Origin: Eledone cirrhosa
Taxonomy: Eukaryota
Assembly (NCBI GenBank): GCA_964016885.1
Contig: OZ024743.1
Coordinates: forward strand, 173,848,001-173,912,000
DNA length: 64,000 nucleotides
Direction: 5' to 3'
A program made the translations under genes and the position numbers. Shown here piece by piece: positions 1 through 11,600 of this stretch (position 1 is its first letter; each line of letters starts with the position of its first letter). Below the pieces are notes generated by a model that had not been told where the DNA came from, did no database searches, and saw nothing but the letters and a program-made list of their open reading frames with translations.

Positions 1-10
1 TGTAAACCTT

Positions 11-238
11 ATAATAATAATACTAATGAAATTGTTGTGTGGAGTACTCGGGTGCACTACAGCTCCTCAGGGGTGCATGTGTGGTACATGGAGTGATGTG
101 CAGGTGTCGGGGAAGTGAATAGTGTATCGGTCATGATATACATGTTTGCGTGTGTATGGAGAGGGAATATTGGGTGTAGTGTTGGCGAGTTTCAGGAGGG
201 ATGGAGGTTTTAAAGGATGCAGTGTCTCAACAGCTAAT
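11..238 (-). mobile_element. 5'-truncated, decayed 3' end of a CR1-clade LINE (ORF2 C-terminal remnant, 3' UTR and (TTA)n tail)
   Basis: The minus strand from 238 to 173 translates as ISC*DTASFKTSIPPETRQHYT, resembling the CR1 ORF2 terminus (..VV...S...FK..L) that follows WNxLP. WNxLP itself is absent. After a ~150-nt UTR the element ends in ...CAATTTCATTAGTATTATTATTAT, a short-repeat tail typical of CR1. The family call rests on recalled similarity, not a search. Confidence 0.5.
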
Positions 239-300
239 ATGATTAAAGGTTCTAGCAACTGCAGCCATCTTGTATTTTTCTAAACCTGTAGCTACATTAT

Positions 301-313
301 TATATATATATAT
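301..313. repeat. (TA)6 microsatellite
   Basis: tatatatatatat, read directly. Confidence 0.8.
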
Positions 314-344
314 TTTACTGAAAAATAATAATATTTAGTCAAAC

Positions 345-585
345 ATAGCAGTGGAGTCATCTGATGTTCTTGGCCCTTGGACCACCTCCCTACTCATCAC
401 CATTGGTACCCTGTAACAGTGGAGACCTCTGGTATCCTTGGCCCTCGGACCACCTCCCTACTCACCACCATCAGCATGGAGTTGGCTACCTACATGTGTG
501 AGCCTCATGAGATGGAATGGTCCTTCCAACGCGTCTCCCTCACCGTTCTCTGGGGGAACACCATCTCTATTTTGTCCACTGGGGG
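345..585 (+). mobile_element. Degenerate C-terminal fragment of the RLE domain of a CRE-clade non-LTR retrotransposon
   Basis: ORF 377..673 contains PVTVETSGILGPRTTSLLTTISMELA...EPHEMEWSFQRVSLTVLWGNTISILST. This matches the CRE C-terminal pattern P.AVET.G..GP....LL..I...L......RE..WLFQR.S.A..RGNA.SIL. The RT domain, zinc knuckle and PD-(D/E)xK core are missing, so it is a relic. Confidence 0.65.
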
Positions 586-727
586 TGCAGAGCAGCCAAT
601 GCATGGACCCCCATTTACTTATAATAGTGGGAGATGGAGGGAGTACTATACCAGAATTGCTGAAGAAACTTGACACATGATAGAAATATTCTATTCCTTG
701 TAGTTTCTTAGCTCTTTTGTTTTACGT

Positions 728-840
728 AGAGAAAAAGAAAGCAGTAATGGAAAGGACTATAAATGCCATAAATGAAAGGAAAAGGAGGGAAAGAGCAAGG
801 ACTATGAGGCGATGGAAGAGAGGGGGAAGGGGGGAGGGCG
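728..840. repeat. Purine-rich (A/G) low-complexity tract
   Basis: agagaaaaagaaag...gaaaggaaaaggagggaaagag...gaagagagggggaaggggggaggg. Confidence 0.6.
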
Positions 841-1033
841 ACAGACTCTATACCTTGGTCAGGGCAGCGTTTCAGCTGAACTAAATTGTAATGGTATTTC
901 CGCGGACAAGTCTATTATTTTCTTAACATGGTAGGGCATAGATTGAGGGAGGATTGACTGTTGTTTCCAGGAGGTTGCCATTTGTTTAAGTTTGATGTTT
1001 ATTCTGAAGTTGGCCCCTTCTAACTTTAATATC

Positions 1034-1084
1034 TCCAACCCATGCAATGGAAAAGCAGACGTAAAAACGATGATGATTATGATG
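1034..1084 (+). mobile_element. Extremely 5'-truncated RTE-type LINE/SINE 3' end with (GAT)n tail
   Basis: tccaacccatgcaatggaaaagcagacgtaaaaac followed by gatgatgattatgatg. The trinucleotide tail is seen directly. The RTE assignment comes from recalled similarity to an abundant cephalopod repeat tail and is unverified. Confidence 0.45.
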
Positions 1085-1543
1085 TCCTTTTTTAAGTTTG
1101 GGTGTTTTATTTAAAATATACAATGATTTAACAGAAAATACACAGAAAAGGGTTTTCTAACTCAAATATTTATATCTTTACTAGGGGACAGATTGTTGTG
1201 AAAATTTGCAGTATTAGACTTAAGACTAATTTTTAATGTGATGTAGTCGTAGTGTTGTTTTGTAGTTTTTAAGGATGTTTTGTTAATGTGTCTTCATGTG
1301 GTACAGGACATTAACAGTTAAAACAGGGATTTCCTTTAGATGAAGGTTAGTAAGAAATTAAAGATTTCTTTTCATGATTCAGGAATATATTCTTAGAATT
1401 CCTAAAAGACCAGCTGACTAGTGTCACTAGGAATCCCTAAAAAGGAAGAATGAGAGATATTTACTCAGAGAATATCTTTCGTTCTTTCTGTCTTTGGGAA
1501 TCTGTCACAAACATTTTACCTTCTAAAGGTCATTCCAGATTCT

Positions 1544-1581
1544 TGTACACGCACACGCGTGCGCATACATACATACATACA
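1544..1581. repeat. Compound (CA/CG)n-(CATA)n microsatellite; uninterrupted purine-pyrimidine alternation
   Basis: tgtacacgcacacgcgtgcgcatacatacatacataca. Confidence 0.8.
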
Positions 1582-4500
1582 AAAAGACTTAAAATTAAAA
1601 CAAGAAATACCTCAATAGTGGAGAGACCACTGAGAGTTACTCATGGAGAAAACACATCAAAAGCCACATCTCCCTGACTGCTAGGGTATGAACCCTCTCC
1701 TAGTTGTCCTCCTCCAATACTACAGACACACACTCAGGGCTAGGGTATGAACCCTCTCTTAGTTGTCCTCCTCCAATACTACAGACACACACTCAGGGCT
1801 AGGGTATGAACCCTCTCTTAGTTGTCCTCCTCCAATACTACAGACACACACTCAGGGCTAGGGTATGTACCCTCTCCCAGTTGTTCTCCTCCAATACTAC
1901 AGACACACACTCAGGGCTAGGGTATGAACCCTCTCTTAGTTGTCCTCCTCCAATACTACAGACACACACTCAGGGCTAGGGTATGAACCCTCTCCTAGTT
2001 GTCCTCCTCCAATACTACAGACACACACTCAGGGCTAGGGTATGAACCCTCTCTTAGTTGTCCTCCTCCAATACTACAGACACACACTCAGGGCTAGGGT
2101 ATGAACCCTCTCCTAGTTGTCCTCCTCCAATACTACAGACACACACTCAGGGCTAGGGTATTAACCCTCTCTTAGTTGTCCTCCTCCAATACTACAGACA
2201 CACACTCAGGGCTAGGGTATTAACCCTCTCTTAGTTGTCCTCCTCCAATACTAGACACACACTCAGGGCTAGGGTATGAACCCTCTTTTAGTTGTCCTCC
2301 TCCAATACTACAGACACACACTCAGGGCTAGGGTATGAACCCTCTCTTAGTTGTCCTCCTCCAATACTACAGACACACACTCAGGGCTAGGGTATTAACC
2401 CTCTCTTAGTTGTCCTCCTCCAATACTACAGACACACACTCAGGGCTAGGGTATGAACCCTCTCTTAGTTGTCCTCCTCCAATACTACAGACATACACTC
2501 AGGGCTAGGGTATGAACCCTCTCTTAGTTGTCCTCCTCCAATACTACAGACACACACTCAGGGCTAGGGTATGAACCCTCTTTTAGTTGTCCTCCTCCAA
2601 TACTACAGACACACACTCAGGGCTAGGGTATTAACCCTCTCTTAGTTGTCCTCCTCCAATACTAGACACACACTCAGGGCTAGGGTATGAACCCTCTTTT
2701 AGTTGTCCTCCTCCAATACTACAGACACACACTCAGGGCTAGGGTATGAACCCTCTCTTAGTTGCCCTCCTCCAATACTACAGACACACACTCAGGGCTA
2801 GGGTATTAACCCTCTCTTAGTTGTCCTCCTCCAATACTACAGACACACACTCAGGGCTAGGGTATGAACCCTCTCTTAGTTGTCCTCCTCCAATACTACA
2901 GACACACACTCAGGGCTAGGGTATGAACCCTCTCTTAGTTGTCCTCCTCCAATACTACAGACACACACTCAGGGCTAGGGTATTAACACTCTCTTCGTTG
3001 TCCTCCTCCAATACTACAGACACACACTCAGGGCTAGGGTATTAACCCTCTCTTAGTTGTCCTCCTCCAATACTAGACACACACTCAGGGCTAGGGTATG
3101 AACCCTCTCCTAGTTGTCCTCCTCCAATACTACAGACACACACTCAGGGCTAGGGTATGAACCCTCTCTTAGTTGTCCTCCTCCAATACTACAGACACAC
3201 ACTCAGGGCTAGGGTATGACCCTCTCCTAGTTGTCCTCCTCCAATACTACAGACACACACTCAGGGCTAGGGTATGAACCCTCTCTTAGTTGTCCTCCTC
3301 CAATACTACAGACACACACTCAGGGCTAGGGTATGAACCCTCTCCTAGTTGTCCTCCTCCAATACTACAGACACACACTCAGGGCTAGGGTATGAACCCT
3401 CTCTTAGTTGTCCTCCTCCAATACTACAGACACACACTCAGGGCTAGGGTATTAACCCTCTCTTAGTTGTCCTCCTCCAATACTACAGACACACACTCAG
3501 GGCTAGGGTATGAACCCTCTCTTAGTTGTCCTCCTCCAATACTACAGACACACACTCAGGGCTAGGGTATTAACCCTCTCTTAGTTGTCCTCCTCCAATA
3601 CTACAGACACACACTCAGGGCTAGGGTATGAACCCTCTCTTAGTTGTCCTCCTCCAATACTACAGACACACACTCAGGGCTAGGGTATTAACCCTCTCTT
3701 AGTTGTCCTCCTCCAATACTACAGACACACACTCAGGGCTAGGGTATGAACCCTCTCTTAGTTGTCCTCCTCCAATACTACAGACACACACTCAGGGCTA
3801 GGGTATGAACCCTCTTTTAGTTGTCCTCCTCCAATACTACAGACACACACTCAGGGCTAGGGTATGAACCCTCTATTAGTTGTCCTTCTCCAATACTACA
3901 GACACACACTCAGGGCTAGAGTATTAACCCTCTCTTAGTTGTCCTCCTCCAATACTACAGACACACACTCAGGGCTAGGGTATGAACCCTCTCTTAGTTG
4001 TCCTCCTCCAATACTACAGACACACACTCAGGGCTAGGGTATTAACCCTCTCTTAGTTGTCCTCCTCCAATACTACAGACACACACTCAGGGCTAGGGTA
4101 TTAACCCTCTCTTAGTTGTCCCCCTCCAATACTAGACACACACTCAGGGCTAGGGTATGAACCCTCTCCTAGTTGTCCTCCTCCAATACTACAGACACAC
4201 ACTCAGGGCTAGGGTATGAACCCTCTCTTAGTTGTCCTCCTCCAATACTACAGACACACACTCAGGGCTAGAGTATTAACCCTCTCTTAGTTGTCCTCCT
4301 CCAATACTACAGACACACACTCAGGGCTAGGGTATTAACCCTCTCTTAGTTGTCCTCCTCCAATACTAGACACACACTCAGGGCTAGGGTATGAACCCTC
4401 TTTTAGTTGTCCTCCTCCAATACTACAGACACACACTCAGGGCTAGGGTATGAACCCTCTCTTAGTTGTCATCCTCCAATACTACAGACACACACTCAGG

Positions 4501-5639
4501 GCTAGGGTATGAACCCTCTCTTAGTTGTCCTCCTCCAATACTACAGACACACACTCAGGGCTAGGGTATGAACCCTCTCCTAGTTGTCCTCCTCCAATAC
4601 TACAGACACACACTCAGGGCTAGGGTATGAACCCTCTCTTAGTTGTCCTCCTCCAATACTACAGACACACACTCAGGGCTAGGGTATGAACCCTCTCCTA
4701 GTTGTCCTCCTCCAATACTACAGACACACACTCAGGGCTAGGGTATGAACCCTCTCTTAGTTGCCTCCTCCAATACTACAGACACACACTCAGGGCTAGG
4801 GTATTAACTCTCTCTTAGTTGTCCTCCTCCAATACTACAGACACACACTCAGGGCTAGGGTATGAACCCTCTCTTAGTTGTCCTCCTCCAATACTACAGA
4901 CACACACTCAGGGCTAGGGTATTAACCCTCTCTTAGTTGTCCTCCTCCAATACTACAGACACACACTCAGGGCTAGGGTATGAACCCTCTCTTAGTTGTC
5001 CTCCTCCAATACTACAGACACACACTCAGGGCTAGGGTATGAACCCTCTCTTAGTTGTCCTCCTCCAATACTACAGACACACACTCAGGGCTAGGGTATG
5101 AACCCTCTCTTAGTTGTCCTCCTCCAATACTACAGACACACTCAGGGCTAGGGTATGAACCCTCTTTTAGTTGTCCTCCTCCAATACTACAGACACACAC
5201 TCAGGGCTAGGGTATGAACCCTCTATTAGTTGTCCTTCTCCAATACTACAGACACACACTCAGGGCTAGAGTATTAACCCTCTCTTAGTTGTCCTCCTCC
5301 AATACTACAGACACACACTCAGGGCTAGGGTATGAACCCTCTCTTAGTTGTCCTCCTCCAATACTACAGACACACACTCAGGGCTAGGGTATGAACCCTC
5401 TCTTAGTTGTCCTCCTCCAATACTACAGACACACACTCAGGGCTAGGGTATTAACCCTCTCTTAGTTGTCCTCCTCCAATACTACAGACACACACTCAGG
5501 GCTAGGGTATTAACCCTCTCTTAGTTGTCCTCCTCCAATACTAGACACACACTCAGGGCTAGGGTATGAACCCCCTTTTAGTTGTCCTCCTCCAATACTA
5601 CAGACACACACTCAGGGCTAGGGTATGAACCCTCTCTTA

Positions 5640-8600
5640 GTTGTCCTCCTCCAATACTACAGACACACACTCAGAGCTAGGGTATTAACCCTCTCTTAGT
5701 TGTCCTCCTCCAATACTACAGACACACACTCAGGGCTAGGGTATGAACCCTCTCTTAGTTGTCCTCCTCCAATACTACAGACACACACTCAGGGCTAGGG
5801 TATGAACCCTCTCTTAGTTGTCCTCCTCCAATACTACAGACACACACTCAGGGCTAGGGTATGAACCCTCTTTTAGTTGTCCTCCTCCAATACTACAGAC
5901 ACACACTCAGGGCTAGGGTATTAACCCTCTCTTAGTTGTCCTCCTCCAATACTAGACACACACTCAGGGCTAGGGTATGAACCCTCTTTTAGTTGTCCTC
6001 CTCCAATACTACAGACACACACTCAGGGCTAGGGTATGAACCCTCTTTTAGTTGTCCTCCTCCAATACTACAGACACACACTCAGGGCTAGGGTATTAAC
6101 CCTCTCTTAGTTGTCCTCCTCCAATACTACAGACACACACTCAGGGCTAGGGTATGAACCCTCTCTTAGTTGTCCTCCTCCAATACTACAGACACACACT
6201 CAGGGCTAGGGTATGAACCCTCTCTTAGTTGTCCTCCTCCAATACTACAGACACACACTCATGGCTAGGGTATTAACCCTCTCTTAGTTGTCCTCCTCCA
6301 ATACTACAGACACACACTCAGGGCTAGGGTATTAACCCTCTCTTAGTTGTCCTCCTCCAATACTAGACACACACTCAGGGCTAGGGTATGAACCCTCTTT
6401 TAGTTGTCCTCCTCCAATACTACAGACACACACTCAGGGCTAGGGTATGTACCCTCTCTTAGTTGTCCTCCTCCAATACTACAGACACACACTCAGGGCT
6501 AGGGTATTAACCCTCTCTTAGTTGTCCTCCTCCAATACTAGACACACACTCAGGGCTAGGGTATGAACCCTCTTTTAGTTGTCCTCCTCCAATACTACAG
6601 ACACACACTCAGGGCTAGGGTATGAACCCTCTCTTAGTTGTCCTCTTCCAATACTACAGACACACACTCAGGGCTAGGGTATGAACCCTCTCTTAGGTGT
6701 CCTCCTCCAATACTAGACACACACTCAGGGCTAGGGTATGTACCCTCTCTTAGTTGTCATCCTCCAATACTAGACACACACTCAGGGCTAGGGTATGTAC
6801 CCTCTCTTAGTTGTCTTCCTCCAATACTACAGACACACACTCAGGGCTAGGGTATGTACCCTCTCCTAGATGTCCTCCTCCAATACTACAGACACACACT
6901 CAGGGCTAGGGTATGAACCCTCTCTTAGTTGTCCTCCTCCAATACTACAGACACACACTCAGGGCTAGGGTATGAACCCTCTCTTAGTTGTCCTCCTCCA
7001 ATACTACAGACACACACTCAGGGCTAGGGTATGAACCCTCTATTAGTTGTCCTCCTCCAATACTACAGACACACACTCAGGGCTAGGGTATGAACCCTCT
7101 CTTAGTTGTCCTCCTCCAATACTACAGACACACACTCAGGGCTAGGGTATGAACCCTCTCCTAGTTGTCCTCCTCCAATACTACAGACACACACTCAGGG
7201 CTAGGGTATGAACCCTCTCTTAGTTGTCCTCCTCCAATACTACAGACACACACTCAGGGCTAGGGTATGAACCCTCTCTTAGTTGTCCTCCTCCAATACT
7301 ACAGACACACACTCAGGGCTAGGGTATGAACCCTCTCCTAGTTGTCCTCCTCCAATACTACAGACACACACTCAGGGCTAGGGTATGAACCCTCTCTTAG
7401 TTGTCCTCCTCCAATACTACAGACACACACTCAGGGCTAGGGTATTAACCCTCTCTTTGTTGTCCTCCTCCAATACTACAGACACACACTCAGGGCTAGG
7501 GTATGAACCCTCTCTTAGTTGTCCTCCTCCAATACTACAGACACACACTCAGGGCTAGGGTATTAACCCTCTCTTAGTTGTCCTCCTCCAATACTACAGA
7601 CACACACTCAGGGCTAGGGTATGAACCCTCTCTTAGTTGTCCTCCTCCAATACTACAGACACACACTCAGGGCTAGGGTATTAACCCTCTCTTAGTTGTC
7701 CTCCTCCAATACTACAGACACACACTCAGGGCTAGGGTATGAACCCTCTCTTAGTTGTCCTCCTCCAATACTACAGACACACACTCAGGGCTAGGGTATG
7801 AACCCTCTTTTAGTTGTCCTCCTCCAATACTACAGACACACACTCAGGGCTAGGGTATGAACCCTCTATTAGTTGTCCTTCTCCAATACTACAGACACAC
7901 ACTCAGGGCTAGAGTATTAACCCTCTCTTAGTTGTCCTCCTCCAATACTACAGACACACACTCAGGGCTAGGGTATGAACCCTCTCTTAGTTGTCCTCCT
8001 CCAATACTACAGACACACACTCAGGGCTAGGGTATGAACCCTCTCTTAGTTGTCCTCCTCCAATACTAGACACACACTCAGGGCTAGGGTATGAACCCTC
8101 TTTTAGTTGTCCTCCTCCAATACTACAGACACACACTCAGGGCTAGGGTATTAACCCTCTCTTAGTTGTCCTCCTCCAATACTACAGACACACACTCAGG
8201 GCTAGGGTATGAACCCTCTCTTAGTTGTCCTCCTCCAATACTAGACACACACTCAGGGCTAGGGTATGAACCCTCTTTTAGTTGTCCTCCTCCAATACTA
8301 CAGACACACACTCAGGACTAGGGTATGAACCCTCTCTTAGTTGTCCTCTTCCAATACTACAGACACACACTCAGGGCTAGGGTATTAACCCTCTCTTAGT
8401 TGTCCACCTCCAATACTACAGACACACACTCAGGGCTAGGGTATGAACCCTCTCTTAGTCGTCCTCCTCCAATACTACAGACACACACTCAGGGCTAGGG
8501 TATGAACCCTCTCTTAGTTGTCCTCCTCCAATACTACAGACACACACTCAGGGCTAGGGTATTAACCCTCTCTTAGTTGTCCTCCTCCAATACTAGACAC

Positions 8601-11600
8601 ACACTCAGGGCTAGGGTATGAACCCTCTTTTAGTTGTCCTCCTCCAATACTACAGACACACACTCAGGGCTAGGGTATGAACCCTCTCTTAGTTGCCCTC
8701 CTCCAATACTACAGACACACACTCAGGGCTAGGGTATTAACCCTCTCTTAGTTGTCCTCCTCCAATACTACAGACACACACTCAGGGCTAGGGTATGAAC
8801 CCTCTCTTAGTTGTCCTACTCCAATACTACAGACACACACTCAGGGCTAGGGTATGAACCCTCTCTTAGTTGTCCTCCTCCAATACTACAGACACACACT
8901 CAGGGCTAGGGTATTAACCCTCTCTTAGTTGTCCTCCTCCAATACTAGACACACACTCAGGGCTAGGGTATGAACCCTCTCTTAGTTGTCGTCCTCCAAT
9001 ACTAGACACACACTCAGGGCTAGGGTATGAACCCTCTCTTAGTTGTCCTCCTCCGATACTACAGACACACACTCAGGGCTAGGGTATGAACCCTCTCTTA
9101 GGTGTCCTCCTCCAATACTACAGACACACACTCAGGGCTAGGGTATGAACCCTCTTTTAGTTGTCCTCCTCCAATACTACAGACACACACTCAGGGCTAG
9201 GGTATGAACCCTCTATTAGTTGTCCTTCTCCAATACTACAGACACACACTCAGGGCTAGAGTATTAACCCTCTCTTAGTTGTCCTCCTCCAATACTACAG
9301 ACACACACTCAGGGCTAGGGTATGAACCCTCTCTTAGTTGTCCTCCTCCAATACTACAGACACACACTCAGGGCTAGGGTATGAACCCTCTCTTAGTTGT
9401 CCTCCTCCAATACTACAGACACACACTCAGGGCTAGGGTATTAACCCTCTCTTAGTTGTCCTCCTCCAATACTACAGACACACACTCAGGGCTAGGGTAT
9501 TAACCCTCTCTTAGTTGTCCTCCTCCAATACTAGACACACACTCAGGGCTAGGGTATGAACCCTCTTTTAGTTGTCCTCCTCCAATACTACAGACACACA
9601 CTCAGGGCTAGGGTATGAACCCTCTCTTAGTTGTCCTCCTCCAATACTACAGACACACACTCAGGGCTAGGGTATTAACCCTCTCTTAGTTGTCCTCCTC
9701 CAATACTAGACACACACTCAGGGCTAGGGTATGAACCCTCTTTTAGTTGTCCTCCTCCAATACTACAGACATACACTCAGGGCTAGGGTATGAACCCTCT
9801 CTTAGTTGCCCTCCTCCAATACTACAGACACACACTCAGGGCTAGGGTATTAACCCTCTCTTAGTTGTCCTCCTCCAATACTACAGACACACACTCAGGG
9901 CTAGGGTATGAACCCTCTCTTAGTTGTCCTCCTCCAATACTACAGACACACACTCAGGGCTAGGGTATGAACCCTCTCTTAGTTGTCCTCCTCCAATACT
10001 ACAGACACACACTCAGGGCTAGGGTATTAACCCTCTCTTAGTTGTCCTCCTCCAATACTACAGACACACACTCAGGGCTAGGGTATTAACCCTCTCTTAG
10101 TTGTCCTCCTCCAATACTAGACACACACTCAGGGCTAGGGTATGAACCCTCTTTTAGTTGTCCTCCTCCAATACTACAGACACACACTCAGGGCTAGGGT
10201 ATGAACCCTCTCTTAGTTGTCCTCCTCCAATACTACAGACACACACTCAGGGCTAGGGTATGAACCCTCTCTTAGTTGTCGTCCTCCAATACTAGACACA
10301 CACTCAGGGCTAGGGTATGAACCCTCTCTTAGTTGTCCTCCTCCAATACTACAGACACACACTCAGGGCTAGGGTATGAACCCTCTCTTAGGTGTCCTCC
10401 TCCAATACTACAGACACACACTCAGGGCTAGGGTATGAACCCTCTTTTAGTTGTCCTCCTCCAATACTACAGACACACACTCAGGGCTAGGGTATGAACC
10501 CTCTATTAGTTGTCCTTCTCCAATACTACAGACACACACTCAGGGCTAGAGTATTAACCCTCTCTTAGTTGTCCTCCTCCAATACTACAGACACACACTC
10601 AGGGCTAGGGTATGAACCCTCTCTTAGTTGTCCTCCTCCAATACTACAGACACACACTCATGGCTAGGGTATGAACCCTCTTTTAGTTGTCCTCCTCCAA
10701 TACTACAGACACACACTCAGGGCTAGGGTATTAACGCTCTCTTAGTTGTCCTCTTCCAATACTAGACACACACTCAGGGCTAGGGTATGAACCCTCTCTT
10801 AGTTGTCCTCCTCCAATACTACAGACACACACTCAGGGCTAGGGTATGAACCCTCTCTTAGTTGCCCTCCTCCAATACTACAGACACACACTCAGGGCTA
10901 GGGTATTAACCCTCTCTTAGTTGTCCTCCTCCAATACTACAGACACACACTCAGGGCTAGGGTATTAACCCTCTCTTAGTTGTCCTCCTCCAATACTACA
11001 GACACACACTCAGGGCTAGGGTATTAACCCTCTCTTAGTTGTCCTCCTCCAATACTACAGACACACACTCAGAGCTAGGGTATTAACCCTCTCTTAGTTG
11101 TCCTCCTCCAATACTACAGACACACACTCAGGGCTAGGGTATGAACCCTCTCTTAGTTGTCCTCCTCCAATACTACAGACACACACTCAGGGCTAGGGTA
11201 TGAACCCTCTCTTAGTTGTCCTCCTCCAATACTACAGACACACACTCAGGGCTAGGGTATGAACCCTCTTTTAGTTGTCCTCCTCCAATACTACAGACAC
11301 ACACTCAGGGCTAGGGTATTAACCCTCTCTTAGTTGTCCTCCTCCAATACTAGACACACACTCAGGGCTAGGGTATGAACCCTCTTTTAGTTGTCCTCCT
11401 CCAATACTACAGACACACACTCAGGGCTAGGGTATGAACCCTCTTTTAGTTGTCCTCCTCCAATACTACAGACACACACTCAGGGCTAGGGTATTAACCC
11501 TCTCTTAGTTGTCCTCCTCCAATACTACAGACACACACTCAGGGCTAGGGTATGTACCCTCTCTTAGTTGTCCTCCTCCAATACTACAGACACACACTCA

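Noticed and set aside
67-290. Minus-strand ORF 67..258 read as a Penelope GIY-YIG tail (RWLQLLEPLII) or as a second CRE motif (LAVETL)
   Set aside because: The matches are short and lack neighbouring motifs. A different frame fits a CR1 3' end better and is continuous with the tail.
822-838. G-quadruplex at GGGGGAAGGGGGGAGGG, and G4 potential in the satellite
   Set aside because: There are only three separate G-runs here. The satellite has two GGG runs per 59 bp, too far apart for a canonical intramolecular G4.
438-1677. ORFs 438..680, 458..676, 859..1047 and 1450..1677 as genes
   Set aside because: They are short, have no recognisable domain, and overlap repeat relics or a microsatellite (THTRAHTYIHT).
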